A stretch of DNA of 64,000 nucleotides from Chiloscyllium plagiosum. Lineage: Eukaryota. The notes beneath the pieces were generated by a model. The model was not told where the DNA came from. It saw only the letters and a list, made by a program, of their open reading frames with translations, and ran no database searches. The stretch covers positions 5,935,474 through 5,999,473 of the forward strand of contig NC_057755.1 in NCBI RefSeq assembly GCF_004010195.1, read 5' to 3'. Of the stretch, positions 25,437 to 38,271 are shown one piece after another. Made by a program: the position numbers and the translations under genes. Each line of letters starts with the position of its first letter. The first letter of the stretch is position 1.

Positions 25437-26383
25437 NNNNNNNNNNNNNNNNNNNNNNNNNNNNNNNNNNNNNNNNNNNNNNNNNNNNNNNNNNNNNNNN
25501 NNNNNNNNNNNNNNNNNNNNNNNNNNNNNNNNNNNNNNNNNNNNNNNNNNNNNNNNNNNNNNNNNNNNNNNNNNNNNNNNNNNNNNNNNNNNNNNNNNNN
25601 NNNNNNNNNNNNNNNNNNNNNNNNNNNNNNNNNNNNNNNNNNNNNNNNNNNNNNNNNNNNNNNNNNNNNNNNNNNNNNNNNNNNNNNNNNNNNNNNNNNN
25701 NNNNNNNNNNNNNNNNNNNNNNNNNNNNNNNNNNNNNNNNNNNNNNNNNNNNNNNNNNNNNNNNNNNNNNNNNNNNNNNNNNNNNNNNNNNNNNNNNNNN
25801 NNNNNNNNNNNNNNNNNNNNNNNNNNNNNNNNNNNNNNNNNNNNNNNNNNNNNNNNNNNNNNNNNNNNNNNNNNNNNNNNNNNNNNNNNNNNNNNNNNNN
25901 NNNNNNNNNNNNNNNNNNNNNNNNNNNNNNNNNNNNNNNNNNNNNNNNNNNNNNNNNNNNNNNNNNNNNNNNNNNNNNNNNNNNNNNNNNNNNNNNNNNN
26001 NNNNNNNNNNNNNNNNNNNNNNNNNNNNNNNNNNNNNNNNNNNNNNNNNNNNNNNNNNNNNNNNNNNNNNNNNNNNNNNNNNNNNNNNNNNNNNNNNNNN
26101 NNNNNNNNNNNNNNNNNNNNNNNNNNNNNNNNNNNNNNNNNNNNNNNNNNNNNNNNNNNNNNNNNNNNNNNNNNNNNNNNNNNNNNNNNNNNNNNNNNNN
26201 NNNNNNNNNNNNNNNNNNNNNNNNNNNNNNNNNNNNNNNNNNNNNNNNNNNNNNNNNNNNNNNNNNNNNNNNNNNNNNNNNNNNNNNNNNNNNNNNNNNN
26301 NNNNNNNNNNNNNNNNNNNNNNNNNNNNNNNNNNNNNNNNNNNNNNNNNNNNNNNNNNNNNNNNNNNNNNNNNNNNNNNNNNN
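25437..26383. other. Assembly gap (N run)
   Basis: Ns. Confidence 1.
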
Positions 26384-26590
26384 GTACTCTATACTACTTT
26401 CTCCCCACCCCCATCCTCCTCTCATTTATCTCTCCACCCTTCAGGCACTCTGCCTGTATTCCTGATGAAGGGCTTTTGCCCGAAACGTCGATTTTCCTGC
26501 TCCTCGGATGCTGCCTGAACCGCTGTGCTTTTCCAGCACCACTCTACTCCAGAATCTGGTTTCCAGCATTTGCAGTCATTGTTTTTACCT
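26384..26590 (+). mobile_element. Penelope-like element terminus with hammerhead-ribozyme-like core
   Basis: CTGATGA-A-GGGC TTTT GCCC-GAAACGTCGATTTTC at 26462-26496, after a pyrimidine-rich tract. Confidence 0.7.
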
Positions 26591-28231
26591 GGTAAGGACA
26601 AACCAGGGAATTATAGACCAGTAAGCCTGATGTCGGTGGTGGGCAAGTTGTTGGAGGAATTCCTGAGGGACAGGAGGTACATGTATTTGGAAAGAGAATG
26701 ACTGATTCCGGATTGTCAACATGTCTTCGAGCGTTGGAAATCATGTCTCACAAACTTGATTGAGTTTTTTGAGGAAATAACAAATAGGATTGATGAGTGC
26801 AGAGCGGAATATGTGATCTATATGGACTTCAGTAAGGCGTTCTGTAAGGTTCCCCATGGGTGACTGATTAGCAAGGTTAGACAGGGAGAACTAGCCATTT
26901 GGATACAGAACTGGCTCAAAGGTACAAGACAGAGGGTGGTGGCAGAGGGTAGTTTTTCAGACTGGAATCTGATGACCAGTGGAGTGCCACAAGGATCGGT
27001 GCTGGGTCTCGACTTTTAATCATTTACATAAAGGACCTGGATGCGAGCATAAGAGGTACAGTTAGTAAGTTTTCAGATGACATCAAAATTGGAGATGCAG
27101 TGGACAGCGGAGAGGGTTACCTCAGATTACAACAGGATCTTGCCCAGATGGGCCAATGGACTGAGAATTAGCAGATAGAGTTTAATTCAGATAAACGCCG
27201 AGGTGCTGAATTTTGGGAACGCAAATCTTAGCAGGACTTATTCACTTAATGTCAGGTCCTTGGGAGTGTTGCTGAACAAAGAGAATTTGGCGTTCAGGTT
27301 CATAGCTCCTTGAAAGTGGAGTAGCAGGTAGATAGGATAGTGCAGAAGGAGTTTGGTATGCTTTCTTTTATTCGGCAAAAGTTTGAGTAGAGGAGTTCGG
27401 ACGTCATGTTGCGGCTGTACAGGACATTGGTTCGGCCACTGTTGGAATATTGCGTGCAATTCTAGTCTCTTTCCCATCCGAAAGATGTTGTGAGGCTGAG
27501 AGATGACTTTGCAGAGGTTTACAGAATTATGAGGGACATGGATAGGGCAATTAGACAACGTATTTTCCCTGTGATCGGGGAGATCAGAAATAGAAGGCAT
27601 AGCTTTAGGGTGAGAGGGGAAAGATATAAGAGAGACCTAAGGGGCAACCTTTTCACACAGAGGTTGATACGTTTATGGAATGAGCTGCCAGAGGAAGTGG
27701 TGGTACATTTGCAACATTTAAGAGGCATGTTGATGGGTAAATGAGTACGAAGAGTTTGGAGGGATATTGGCCGTGTGTTGGCAGGTGGGACTGGATTAAG
27801 GTGGGATATTTGGTCGGCATGGATGGGTTGGACCTAAGTGTCTGTTTCCATGCTATACATCTCCGTGACTATGATGTTATGATCATGACAATAAGAATGT
27901 CTGAATGTGCTGACAGAAGCAGGGTAGGACTGTGAGGGAAATCTAGCTGGCATACAAACATAAGGAATCTAATTCTCTCACGTTCCATTCTACACCTGAC
28001 CACCTTTCAAAATTTATCATAGTGTTATTAAAATAATTTAATTCTAAATATGCAGAACGTGTATTCAGCAGATTCTTGAAAATTGGGCCAGTACTAATTA
28101 TTCTGAACGAAGTTTCACATGTACTGCATCTCATACCTGCACAAAACACATAACTCTTTAACATCCCGCAGGACAAAAATTCCTTCCGTTTGCAGTCAAC
28201 CCTCAGTTTAAAGGTAAAGGTTTCCTTATAG

Positions 28232-28700
28232 AGTTACAGATATAGATAGCATGGAAACTGAATATTCAGTCCAACTCGGCCATGCTACCACTTATCTGAG
28301 ATTAATCTGGTTCAAATTGCCAGACGTTGCCCCATGTCCATCTCAACATTTCCTATCAAATGCGCATACAGTAATCTTTTAAATATGATCATTCGATCAA
28401 GCCCAACGACCTCCTTTGGCAGCTCATCCCATATAGCACCAGGCTCTGCATGAGTAAAAGAGAATCCATTTAGTCTCTTCTAAATCTTTCCCTTCTCACC
28501 TGAAACCTATGCCTTCTACTTCTGAAACATTCCACCCCAGGGAAAAGACATTGTCTATTTAGCTAATCCATGCTGTGCATGGTTTTGTGCATCTTCATAA
28601 TGTTACCTCTGATCCTCTGACGCTTGTGGGAAAACAATCACAGACTATTCAGCGTGTCTCTGATTCTGAAATATTCAAACCCCTGACAACATCCTTTTTA
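28232..28700 (-). mobile_element. CR1-type LINE 3' end
   Basis: Reverse-complement similarity to the 3' ends at 7000-7350 and 27500-27875. Confidence 0.7.
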
Positions 28701-29984
28701 ATCTATTCAGAACTCATCCACGTATCAAGACGTCCTACATATATCTTGGATTCCCAGGACTCAGAAACCAGTCTGGAGTACAATGCAAAGTATCGCAAAA
28801 GAACGTCTCCAAATCTGTGGAAATCCAATGTTTCCATCAATAATAAAATAGTCTTTTACGCCGGTCTCCCGATCATTGATATTCTCAGAAGCCTGCGTGC
28901 ACAAACACGTATACACACGCGCACACACACACACACTCAAATCTGTCCGTCTCAGTGTCAACTATATTCGCATTTGAACTATGGTTGAAGAGTTGCTTTT
29001 ATTCAGGTGAATGTTGAAATCCTTACTCACACTTCATTGTCTGTGTGGTTGTGAGCAAATCACTTTCCCTGGGTCGAGCTAAGATTTGGTTAGCCACAGA
29101 AATAAATAATGCTTTGTTGTTGTTGTTTTTTTTTTGCAAATCTCACAGAACTACAGCAGCAATGTTACTTGCCGATTATCTTCTAATATTTAATGTCCAG
29201 CTGTGGCCAATGTCTATAATTGTCACAATAACGGTGACACACAAGAACTGGAATATGCTAGTGTTCCAATATTGGAGAGAAACTTTATTTTTTTTCTTTG
29301 GAGGAAACGAGTCAATCCTATAGTTATGACTGTGTGACAATCAAAAACCTCTGTTGATGATTAGCTTTCTTACTGCTGATAAAACCTTATGTATATTGAA
29401 AAAGATTTGCGTCTGATTAAGGGAATCTTTCATGTGCTAAATGAATTTCAGTGCAAGCCCAAACAAAAATGACATCCTCGTGCTCCAGTATTTTTATATT
29501 CAAAAGTTTTACCAGTGTTGACTGAGGTAAAGCACCCTTAATGATCAATCAATATTCAAAATGACAATTAGCCTGCTTGAAAGCAAGAAATAAATTACAG
29601 AACACATTCGTTATTAATTTGTCAGTTGGTACTATTTGTAATTTGGTAACTTCATAAAGCCTCCGTTTATATGTCAGACATTGTCCTTATTTGAAATAGT
29701 GACCAGACCCGCAACATAATATCACCCAGTATTGTGTTCAACTCGGAACTTCCAAACTCGAAACATTCCCAGAATTCTTCCACAAAGTAGTTGTTGTGGA
29801 CGATGCTGCTCCATCTTTAGTGATACATGTAAGCATATAATAGAACAAATAACTACAAGTGCTGGAAATCTGACACTGAGACAGAAATTTGCTGGAGACA
29901 GTTAGCAGTTCTGGCAGAATACGTGGAGAGAGAAAACATAGCAGACATTTCGTTTTAGGCATGAGATTTCTTCAGAAAAGATGA

Positions 29985-30535
29985 ATGTTGTATGCTTACT
30001 TCAATGAGCTAGATGTATAAGAGCAGTAAAAATTTATTGCTTCTGCATAATGCATTGTTGACACCACATCTGGAGTCCAGTGAATTGTTTTGGTCACCTT
30101 CTTGGGAAGAAAATGAGTAATTTCATTGAATGCAGTTCAGACAAGTAAAATTATCCCTGCTCATGTGGGGTTGTCTTATGTGAAAAGTTGGGAAACTTCT
30201 CACTCCAGAATAGAACAATGCGAATTGATTTCATTGAATCACACTAGATTCTTAAGGGGTTCAACTGGGTAAATGTTGAGAAGATGTTATCCATCATTAA
30301 AGATTCTCAGGTCAGAGGCCATACGCATACAACAAAGGCATGCCAATTTGCGACTGTGATGGAGATTTAATTATTTTCTCTCTCAGAGGTTTATGAATCT
30401 TTGGAAGTCCTTACCATAGAGCGTTGTGCCAGCAGAGCTGTTTAGATAATTTAAAACTGAGATAGATTCTTGATCAGTTGGGGAATCAAAGGAACGGGAA
30501 AGGACATAATCGTGAATGGACATAATGTCGTATCA
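29985..30535 (+). mobile_element. Decayed CR1/L2-type LINE 3' fragment
   Basis: ALLTPHLESSELFWSP-like RT remnant; tctcagaggtttatgaatctttggaa. Confidence 0.55.
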
Positions 30536-31868
30536 ACATTTATCTTTTTGTATGGGTGATTTAGTGAGAAGATACAACTTTATACACGTTCCACTGTATT
30601 CTGTACTTGCGTACTGTTGACAATAAAATCTAATACCGATTGTAATTCGACGGGTTTTACTTCGCATGTCTCCAGACCAAAATGAAAACTTCAGTGTGAG
30701 ACTTTGCAGCGAAGTTGACAATGAAGTGGTTTTCTCGCGAGATATTGATAATACACGGGACATCCACGGAAAGATTCGAAACGGACAGACTTCATTGGGT
30801 GAAATTTAAATGTTGTTAATTCGCACCACTTCAAAGGTATCACCATCGTAGCACTTAAAATGCATCTTGTTGGTGAAATATAGAGGAATGAATTTCGGGA
30901 CATGTGCCAAATGCTGGAAAGTAGAACTACATAAATTTATGATTTCGAGTCAGCATGGAGGATTTTGAAGCAAGTGTTTGTTTCCGTGCTGTACAAATAT
31001 GTGGCTGTGAATCTATGACTCGTCTTTTGATGAATACTTGAGTTAATTTTCTGATTGATGAGACCAATGCAATTTCTGAGTTAGATTTCTTCATCATATC
31101 GGCTCAGGACAATCCTAGACTTGAATCGTAAAATTGGCAAAATGCCTCATAATGGCCATTGTTGTTAAGGTTGAGTTAGGCCACTCTTCATGTAAAGCAA
31201 ATAGAGACCATTGAACATGGAGATATCGCTCTTGGCATAATGTATTTTCATTTTCCATTCTGGACAGTTATTTCTTGATGGAACGGAAGTGACACGGCTG
31301 GTGGGATTTGCACTTCAGTGAAAGTCATTAGTCGATATGAAAAATTCACTTTTTATCAAGAAAAACTGGAATTATATTTAAGTAAAATCCAAAAAGAGAT
31401 GTGCAGCACAATAGAACAGAAAAGCTGACTGCAATGAAGGATATTATAGAATTAAACTGTCTTAATTAATTTCAGTGCGAAGATAACCTCTACTGTAGTT
31501 GCACAGACGAAAAACTACAATAATACCACAGCACTGTGGAAAACTATTGTAATCAGAACAAGGAACCACACATCACAGAAATTAATAGGAAAACATTGTT
31601 CCAAAAATGTCTTTCTGAGTATGCCTGCATTAGCTGATGTCCAACTCAGTCATACTTAGCATGACATAAAATCGATGCAAGCAAATACTTGATCAACAAG
31701 CAGTAACTCGATATCACGTAAAGTGATGGATAAAATTACAGATGCAAATCATCTCATTTGATCCAACAAATGAACTTGTGATATTAGGTCTGTATCATAA
31801 TAGTCCACAGGTTACATTATCAGGAATGGTTTAAAATATAAAAGTCTTCGATTATAATTCTCACTTAC

Positions 31869-31981
31869 CAGGGAGACCCAGGACATCAAGGATCATGTAG
31901 CACACTTCAAGAGGTAGTACATTTGTAAGCAATATCTGCAATAATGTGTGTCACTTTGTACTGCAACCAATCCCTATGCAT
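31869..31981 (-). pseudogene. GPR139-like exon 1 (frameshifted); possibly partner of the exon 2 at 24295
   Basis: ..LEVCYMILDVLGLP G|gtaagt, same phase-1 donor context as the other exon 1 copies; ATG at 31981 is out of frame with the donor. Confidence 0.65.
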
Positions 31982-32239
31982 TTCTGTTGGTATTGTAGAA
32001 ATCACAGATCTATTTATTCATATCTCCTGAACTCTCCATGGTAATATTGTGCTTATGACAATTATCAACGTCATGTTTTCCACTAACAAAACAAAGATAA
32101 CCAGATTACAACCATGTGTTAGATTCCATTTCATTGACGTGATACGTTGCACACACACACACAATTATGCAACAACGACAAAGGAAAAAGATGAACTTGC
32201 AATCTGACAACAATGGTGTTTACTACTCCAGCATCAGAG

Positions 32240-32695
32240 ATAGAGTCATCGAGATGTACAGCATGGAAACAGACACTTCGGTCCAATCCGTCCATGCCGA
32301 CTCGCTATCCCAACTCAATATTGTCCCGCCTGCTATCACATGGCCCATATCCCTCCAAATGCTTCCTATTCATATAGACTTCTAAATGCCTTTTAAAAGT
32401 TGCAATTGTACAAACCTCCACCACGTCTTCTGGCAGCTCATTCCATGCACGTACGAACTTCTGCGTGAAAATGTTGCCCATTAGCTCCCTTTTACATCTT
32501 TCCCCTCTCACCCTAAAACAATGCCCTCCAGTTCTGGACTCCCTCACCCCGGGGAAAATACTTTGTCTATTTATCCTATCCATGCCTGCCATAATTTTGT
32601 AAACCTATGTAAGGACATCCCTGAGCCTCCGCCGCTCCAGCAAAACCAATCCAAGCCTGTTCAGCCTTTCCCCGTATCTCAAATCCTCCAACCCT
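32240..32695 (-). mobile_element. CR1-type LINE 3' end
   Basis: ORF 32305-32592 GMDRINRQSIFPGV.ESRTGGH..GNIFTQK..WNELPE. Confidence 0.85.
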
Positions 32696-32741
32696 GGAAA
32701 CGGAGGGCTTGGAGGACCGGGTCATGGCGGACGGAGGTGTA
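32696..32741 (-). mobile_element. Inverted 46-bp Penelope-like RT piece
   Basis: Minus strand reads YTSVRHDPVLQALRF, the segment just upstream of, and overlapping, the start of the + strand fragment at 33186. Confidence 0.7.
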
Positions 32742-32743
32742 AA

Positions 32744-33189
32744 AAACTGGTGCGGTATGGCAGACGTACCAAGTTGATTAGATTAGATTCAATTAGATAA
32801 GGATCTTTCTGCTTTGACTCCAATCGTGAAGAAGAGTACGTTTATGAACTTTTTCTTACAGTAAACTTTGTAGGAATTCTAAATCCGAATCAATGCCATT
32901 GTCAGCTGTCCGAATTAAGAATCTTTAATTCCCAGTTACTTCTTATCCAACAATCTTGTATGTACCTTGAGAGTTGTTCTGTGCTCAGCAGCCCTGGATT
33001 GCTCAGTTGTTTTTTTTCCAAAGTTGCGTTCACATTTGATCGTTTGTCGCGCTTTGGTGCCAGACGCTTCGGGTGAGATATTGCAATAACAGAATTGCAG
33101 TTATGTTTATCGTAATTATTCGTGTGATTGCTGTTTACAGTCAATTGTTTGGTTTTTTTTTTCTTAGCTCCACAATTGTTATTGACAAA
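32744..33189 (+). pseudogene. Partial duplicate of the intron end and 5' half of GPR139-like exon 2 (copy of 33979-34497, ~76-nt internal deletion)
   Basis: Direct nucleotide match, including acceptor ttacag|TA AAC TTT GTA GGA ATT. Confidence 0.9.
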
Positions 33190-33900
33190 GTCCCTCCGTT
33201 TTTTCGTCTCCAGACGTCCCCAACAATACCCTTCCACCGTCACTCTCATTCGTTTGGCTGAACTGGACCCTTAACAATTTCTCCTTTGAATCCTCCCACT
33301 TCCTCAAGACCGAAGGCGTAGCCATGGGCACACGTATGGGCCCCAACTATGCCTGTCTCTTTGTTGGTTACGTAGAGCAGTTCATCTTCCATAATTACAC
33401 CGGCACCACACCCCACCTCTTCCTCCGCTACATTGATGACTGCATTGGCGCCACCTCGTGCTCCTGCGAGGAGGTTGAGCAATTCATCAACTTCACCAAC
33501 ACATTCCACCCTGACCTTAAATTTACCTGGACCCGCCCTCAGACCCCACCCCTCCAACCGTAACAAGGACAGAACGCCCCTCGTGCTCACTTTCCACCCT
33601 ACCAACCTTCGCATAAACCAAATCATCCGCCGACATTTCCGCCACCTGCAAACAGACCCCACCACCAGGGATATATTTCCCTCCCCACCCCTTTCCGCCT
33701 TCCGCAAAGACCGTTCCCTCCTTGACTACCTGGGCAGGTTCACGCCCCCCTACAACCCACCCTCCCATCCTGGCACTTTGCCTAGCCACCACAGGAACTG
33801 TAAAACCTGCACCCACACCTCCTCCCTCACCTCTATCCAAGGCCCTAAAGGAGCCTTCGACATCCATCAAAGTTTTACTTGCACATCCACTAATATCATT
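33186..33900 (+). mobile_element. Penelope-like retroelement fragment (RT core, internal deletion, linker leading to GIY-YIG domain)
   Basis: GVAMGTRMGPNYACLFVGYVE..FLRYIDDC; PLVLTFHP..AFRK..SL.DYL; CKTC..FTCTSTNII. Confidence 0.88.
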
Positions 33901-34096
33901 CTGGTTTGCTTGAGTCAATAATTTCAATGCAATTTTTCATCATGTAATTTTCAACTGAGTTAATACATTAGTCAGGGGAAACTAGTGCGGTATGGCAGAC
34001 GTACCAAGCTGATTAGATTAGATTGAATTAGATAAGGATCTTTCTGCTTTGACTCCAATCATGAAGAAGAGTACGGTTATGAACTGTCTCTTACAG

Positions 34097-35001
34097 TAAA
34101 CTTTGTAGGAATTGTAAATCAGAATCGAGGCCATTGTCGGCTGTCCAAATGCATCACTCGCGATTTGTTGGCAATGTCTGCAGCAGATCTACTTCTCACC
34201 ATCCTTAATATCTTGCGGAAACGAATTAAGAATCTTTATTTCCCAGTTGCTTCTTATCCAACAATCCTGTATGTACCTTGAGAGTTGTTCTGTGCTTAGC
34301 AGCCCTGGACTGCTCAGTTGTTTTTTTCCAAAGTTGCGTTCACATTTGATCGTTTGTCGCGCTTTGGTGCCAGCCGCTTCAGGTGAGGTATTGCAATAAC
34401 AGAGCTGCAGTTATGTTTATCGTAATTATGAGTATGATCTGCTGTTTACAGTCAATTGTTTTGTATTTTGTATTAACTCCACAATTGTTATTGACAATGC
34501 CCTTGCTTTTGCAACATAATACCAGACCGTTATACATCATTATTTTGGAAAGTCAATGAACGGATTGACATTATAATTATACCTCTTCTATAATTCTGTT
34601 GATTTTGACATTCAATGCTTTGAATGTCAGGCATATCATAAGAGGCAAACACATCCGCTGTCGCCTTCAGAACCAAAAACATGCAAGAATAGTACTGATT
34701 GAAAGGGGTTAAACCCGAGAAAATCCATCATCTTGGTCTTTACATTGTCTGGTAATTTTATAGTATTCTGTATGACAGATGCCATCCCCTCTTAATTTTG
34801 GCCGTAAGTAAACCATAATTACGAAGACAAGACTTTAACCGATCCAACATTTATCTTTCATGTAATTGGATTCATGCTACGACTTCTGAAATTGTGCACC
34901 AGCACCTGCATATGTGCTTAAACACAAACTAAAATCAGAGAGGAGTTAAGCAATGAAGTCAAGTATCTATTTAAATAAATTATTAAACGATGCAAATAAG
35001 T
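34097..35001 (+). pseudogene. GPR139-like GPCR pseudogene 3, exon 2
   Basis: ttacag|TA AAC; NRGHCRLSKCITRDLLAMSAADLL; PVCTL..ALDCSV..VAFTFD; FNALNVRHII; RKSIILVFTLSGNFI; GFMLRLL..TSTCICA*TQTKIREEL; multiple frameshifts. Confidence 0.85.
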
Positions 35002-38000
35002 CGATTTGAAGATATATGTAGCAATTCATGCAACAGGTTGAAAGAGTTCGTGGAATTTTCCTGTCTGCTTTAACTGAAAAAAAGTCCATGTTTTTACCAT
35101 GAGAAAAAGAACACTTGGCCGCTCAAACTGAACGTAATCAGTTGTGCAAGATATTAATGATTTGAATTTCGAATAATATTTCACAGAGACTGAGTATCTA
35201 CAAATTAGGTTGCTGGCCAAAAGCCTGAGTCTTTTTTTTGGATTTCTTTTGAAAACTTTTTCCAAATTCTAATGTATGTATAGTTTTACATTTCTCTTTA
35301 ATAAATTTATGTTCTTGTGCTGAAGGCATAGTGGCAACCTCATGTGAATGCGTTCAGTAACTAACGGCCACGGTAACCATGTCAAAAGATTAAATTTTAA
35401 ATGCTTCAAAATGCTTTCACTCAGACATCTGTATTAGCCTGTGTTGTAGCAGCTGGGAACAAATCATACAATACTTAAATGTGTTTTTCACAATTCACTA
35501 CGATATCTGGATGCTTTGTAAAAACATTAAGTGTCCAGTTGTTCCTCTTGTGACATACCATCAACAACAGTCCAACTTTGAAGCGACCACATTGTCAACA
35601 TTCCTAAAACCTTCTTCTTTGCGTATGCATTGCATTTTGTTTTTACTTAAGGTGTCATAACCTGCCAGTTGAGGTTCGAGTTCTGATCAACAATTGTGGC
35701 TTTAAATAATTACTTTATTTACTGTTTATTTCTAGTCACTATTTACACCACACCGTGTATAAACACTCACCCCAATACAACTGAGCAAGTCGTTGGAGAA
35801 TGAGACTGAGCAACAAAGTGAAAGAAATACTGTGCACAGACACGGACTTATTGTGAAAGAAATCCTGAACCAGCTAGGATGTGCAGAAGCAAACTACTGT
35901 CAATTATTCCAGAATAGGATCGTTGTCTTTGTGCATGACCACACTATACATAAACTATGGTACACAAATAACACTTACAGTGCTGCCGATCTAATCTTTT
36001 TAAAGCCAGCACACACTTTAAAAATTCCGTGGTTTAGAAACAGCGTTCCCTATTGACCCAATCACGTTCCAGCCTTTTTGCAACAAATAAAGATTCGTCA
36101 TTGCAGAACCCACTGTGCACAAACTGCATGATCTCCTTTGTTCAGTGGGTAAGTACCTTGTATATCCAACGGCTGACTCCCCACTGGCTCTCAAATAAAC
36201 CATCTGAGGATTGGACTAGCATGAATGTCAAGTGATTGTCTTAAGTCACTCCTCTCCTAGGATTATCTGCCTGGCGGTCAAACAACTATCGGACAGAATC
36301 TGTGTTCTGACCAGCTCCCTGCAACTGGTGTTTATCACACTCTGCCCCAGTATGCTGCTCAGTGTGTCTAAGTGCAACTCCAAGTTAGTAGAATAATGCA
36401 GAAAGGTATTAGGAAAGGGTTATTAAAATAATGATTGTTTATATTCTTTACTTAGGACTAGAAACAAGTGCAATACATTATGTAATGTTAAGAATTGTAG
36501 CAAGCATTATTGAGTGTTATGTAAAGGATAATGACAGTTTAAAAAGAATTGCAAATTCCTTTAAATTATAAAAAAACATTTCTGATATTTCTATTCAGGA
36601 TAATGAATATTATGGAAAAAAACGCTTGGAATGCATTGTGAAGATTGTAACAAAATTGAATGGATTGAACACTGTTGCAAATTCAAAATACCACAATATT
36701 TGAATGGATGCATTTCCCAGAATCAATTCATTTTGAATGCGTAAAGAGAATTACTGCAGCAGATGCAATTAAGGGAAATTCTTTCAGGAACGGTAATTAC
36801 GGGAAGCATGGATACGTGTCACAATTGTCTCAATTTCTCTGAGGAGAATGAGGCCCATCTCTGAAACTTTATCATAAACCAATAGAATCCGTTGGGTTTG
36901 TGGTGAAAGCAGTTTCTATTGCCCATCCATTTCTGTCCTCCAGAAGGTAGAAATAAACCATTTTCATCAAGGTTACCCTCAACAGTTACAATGGAATAAC
37001 AACACAAGCTGCTGCAAAAGCTCAGTAGGTCTGCAAGCATTTATGGTTCGAAATCAGAGTTAATGTTTCAGTATCAGTGCCCCTTCTTCAGAATGGAAAT
37101 AGCCTGATTTGAAAGTGTCTTGTAAAACTCGTGCATTGGGCTGAATTAATCCATTCATTCCTCCCTTTTTAAGTCTGCAATACTAAACGTGGGAGAGGGG
37201 AGGTTCTGATAACTAAGTGACAAAGCAGTGTGACCGAGAGTTGCTGGCAAAGTGGAGATTTACCTTCCCCGTTACCTTGTGATTATAGAGGAACTGCTTT
37301 ACTGATATCACGAAGTTAAGATGAGAAACAATGATTAACGATTTGATACTCTGGATGGACAGATGTGGTAGATGAGCACTTCTGCTGCAATAGGCAGTCG
37401 TCATTCAACAATGGAAGGCTTCCAGTGTCTGCTGCATTGTGGGAATAATTTCTTTACAACTATGCAGAAAAGAGGAGCTGAAAATCCAATTGGTGATGTT
37501 TCAGGTGCTTGCTCAAGTGATAATGAAGACACAGCGTGTTTTTGGATGCAAAGACCCGATGGTTCAACGGGTATCCTCTGCATTGTATGATTCCATGATA
37601 AGGGAAAGACATGGCTTTGGTTTTTTTGACGAAAAAATCCCTGCACGGACACAGGATCCCGGTAACAATCCACACCCCTTACGAAGAATCAAAAGTCCAA
37701 TATATCTTGCCTTGGTTTGATGTGACTTCCTATCCCACTGCATTAACCGCTCATCAACTATTCGGGATTGCATCCTGGTCTTTTGCTGCCGTCTGTTTTT
37801 TGAAAGGATCATTTATGGGTTGCCGGGGTCTTGGATTAGGTCAACATTTATTTGTCTCCCCATTTGTTCAGAGAGCAGAGAAGAGTCGAACACATTGAAG
37901 CTAATTTTTAGACATGAATGAGCGAATCAGTTCAAGACTTTCTTCCCAAATTAAAATCAGTGATCCTAATGGGTTTTACAATGTTGGTTAATCGATCCCC

Positions 38001-38271
38001 ACTAAGCAAGCAGATAATTACTTCATTCCAACAGTCGTTTACGTCCAGTCTTTACCTGTTCAATTCTTGAGCACTCACCTATCTTTCTTTAGTGCCCTGG
38101 ACTAAAGGTGGGGATTGCACTCTATCCCTAAACGACAGACCGTGGGCCTTTCCAGGGAGCACAAGCACTTCTAGTCTTAATTTGGTGCAGATAAGTGAAG
38201 ATGCAAGATAGAAGATGAATTTAAATTTCCCTTGTTCGTAAATTTTACTCTTGTCTCTGGGTTGTTCCTAG

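Larger units (their letters stand above)
24610..27875 (+). mobile_element. CR1-type LINE pieces (older fragment 24610-25065; younger copy 25115-27875 split by a gap and a Penelope-like insert)
   Basis: EPRKMGEILNEYFASLFT..KSSGPD; PGNYRPVSL; YMDFSKAF; SGVPQGSVLG; SKFSDDIK; RGNLFTQR. Confidence 0.85.

Noticed and set aside
25160..26518. Long ORFs of 334-452 aa
   Set aside because: Artefacts of reading through the N gap; the real part is a LINE tether fragment
30533..31860. Possible missing exon 2 directly downstream of the 31869 donor
   Set aside because: No GPCR motifs or family acceptor context found by eye
35030..36480. LTR-like segments (AATAAA..TGTAGCA; TGTCATAAC..)
   Set aside because: No paired LTR, TSD or gag/pol evidence; too weak to call
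37372..37898. Dense overlapping ORFs on both strands suggesting a viral or processed gene
   Set aside because: No recognisable motif; part resembles a short LINE 3' tail. A blastx would settle it
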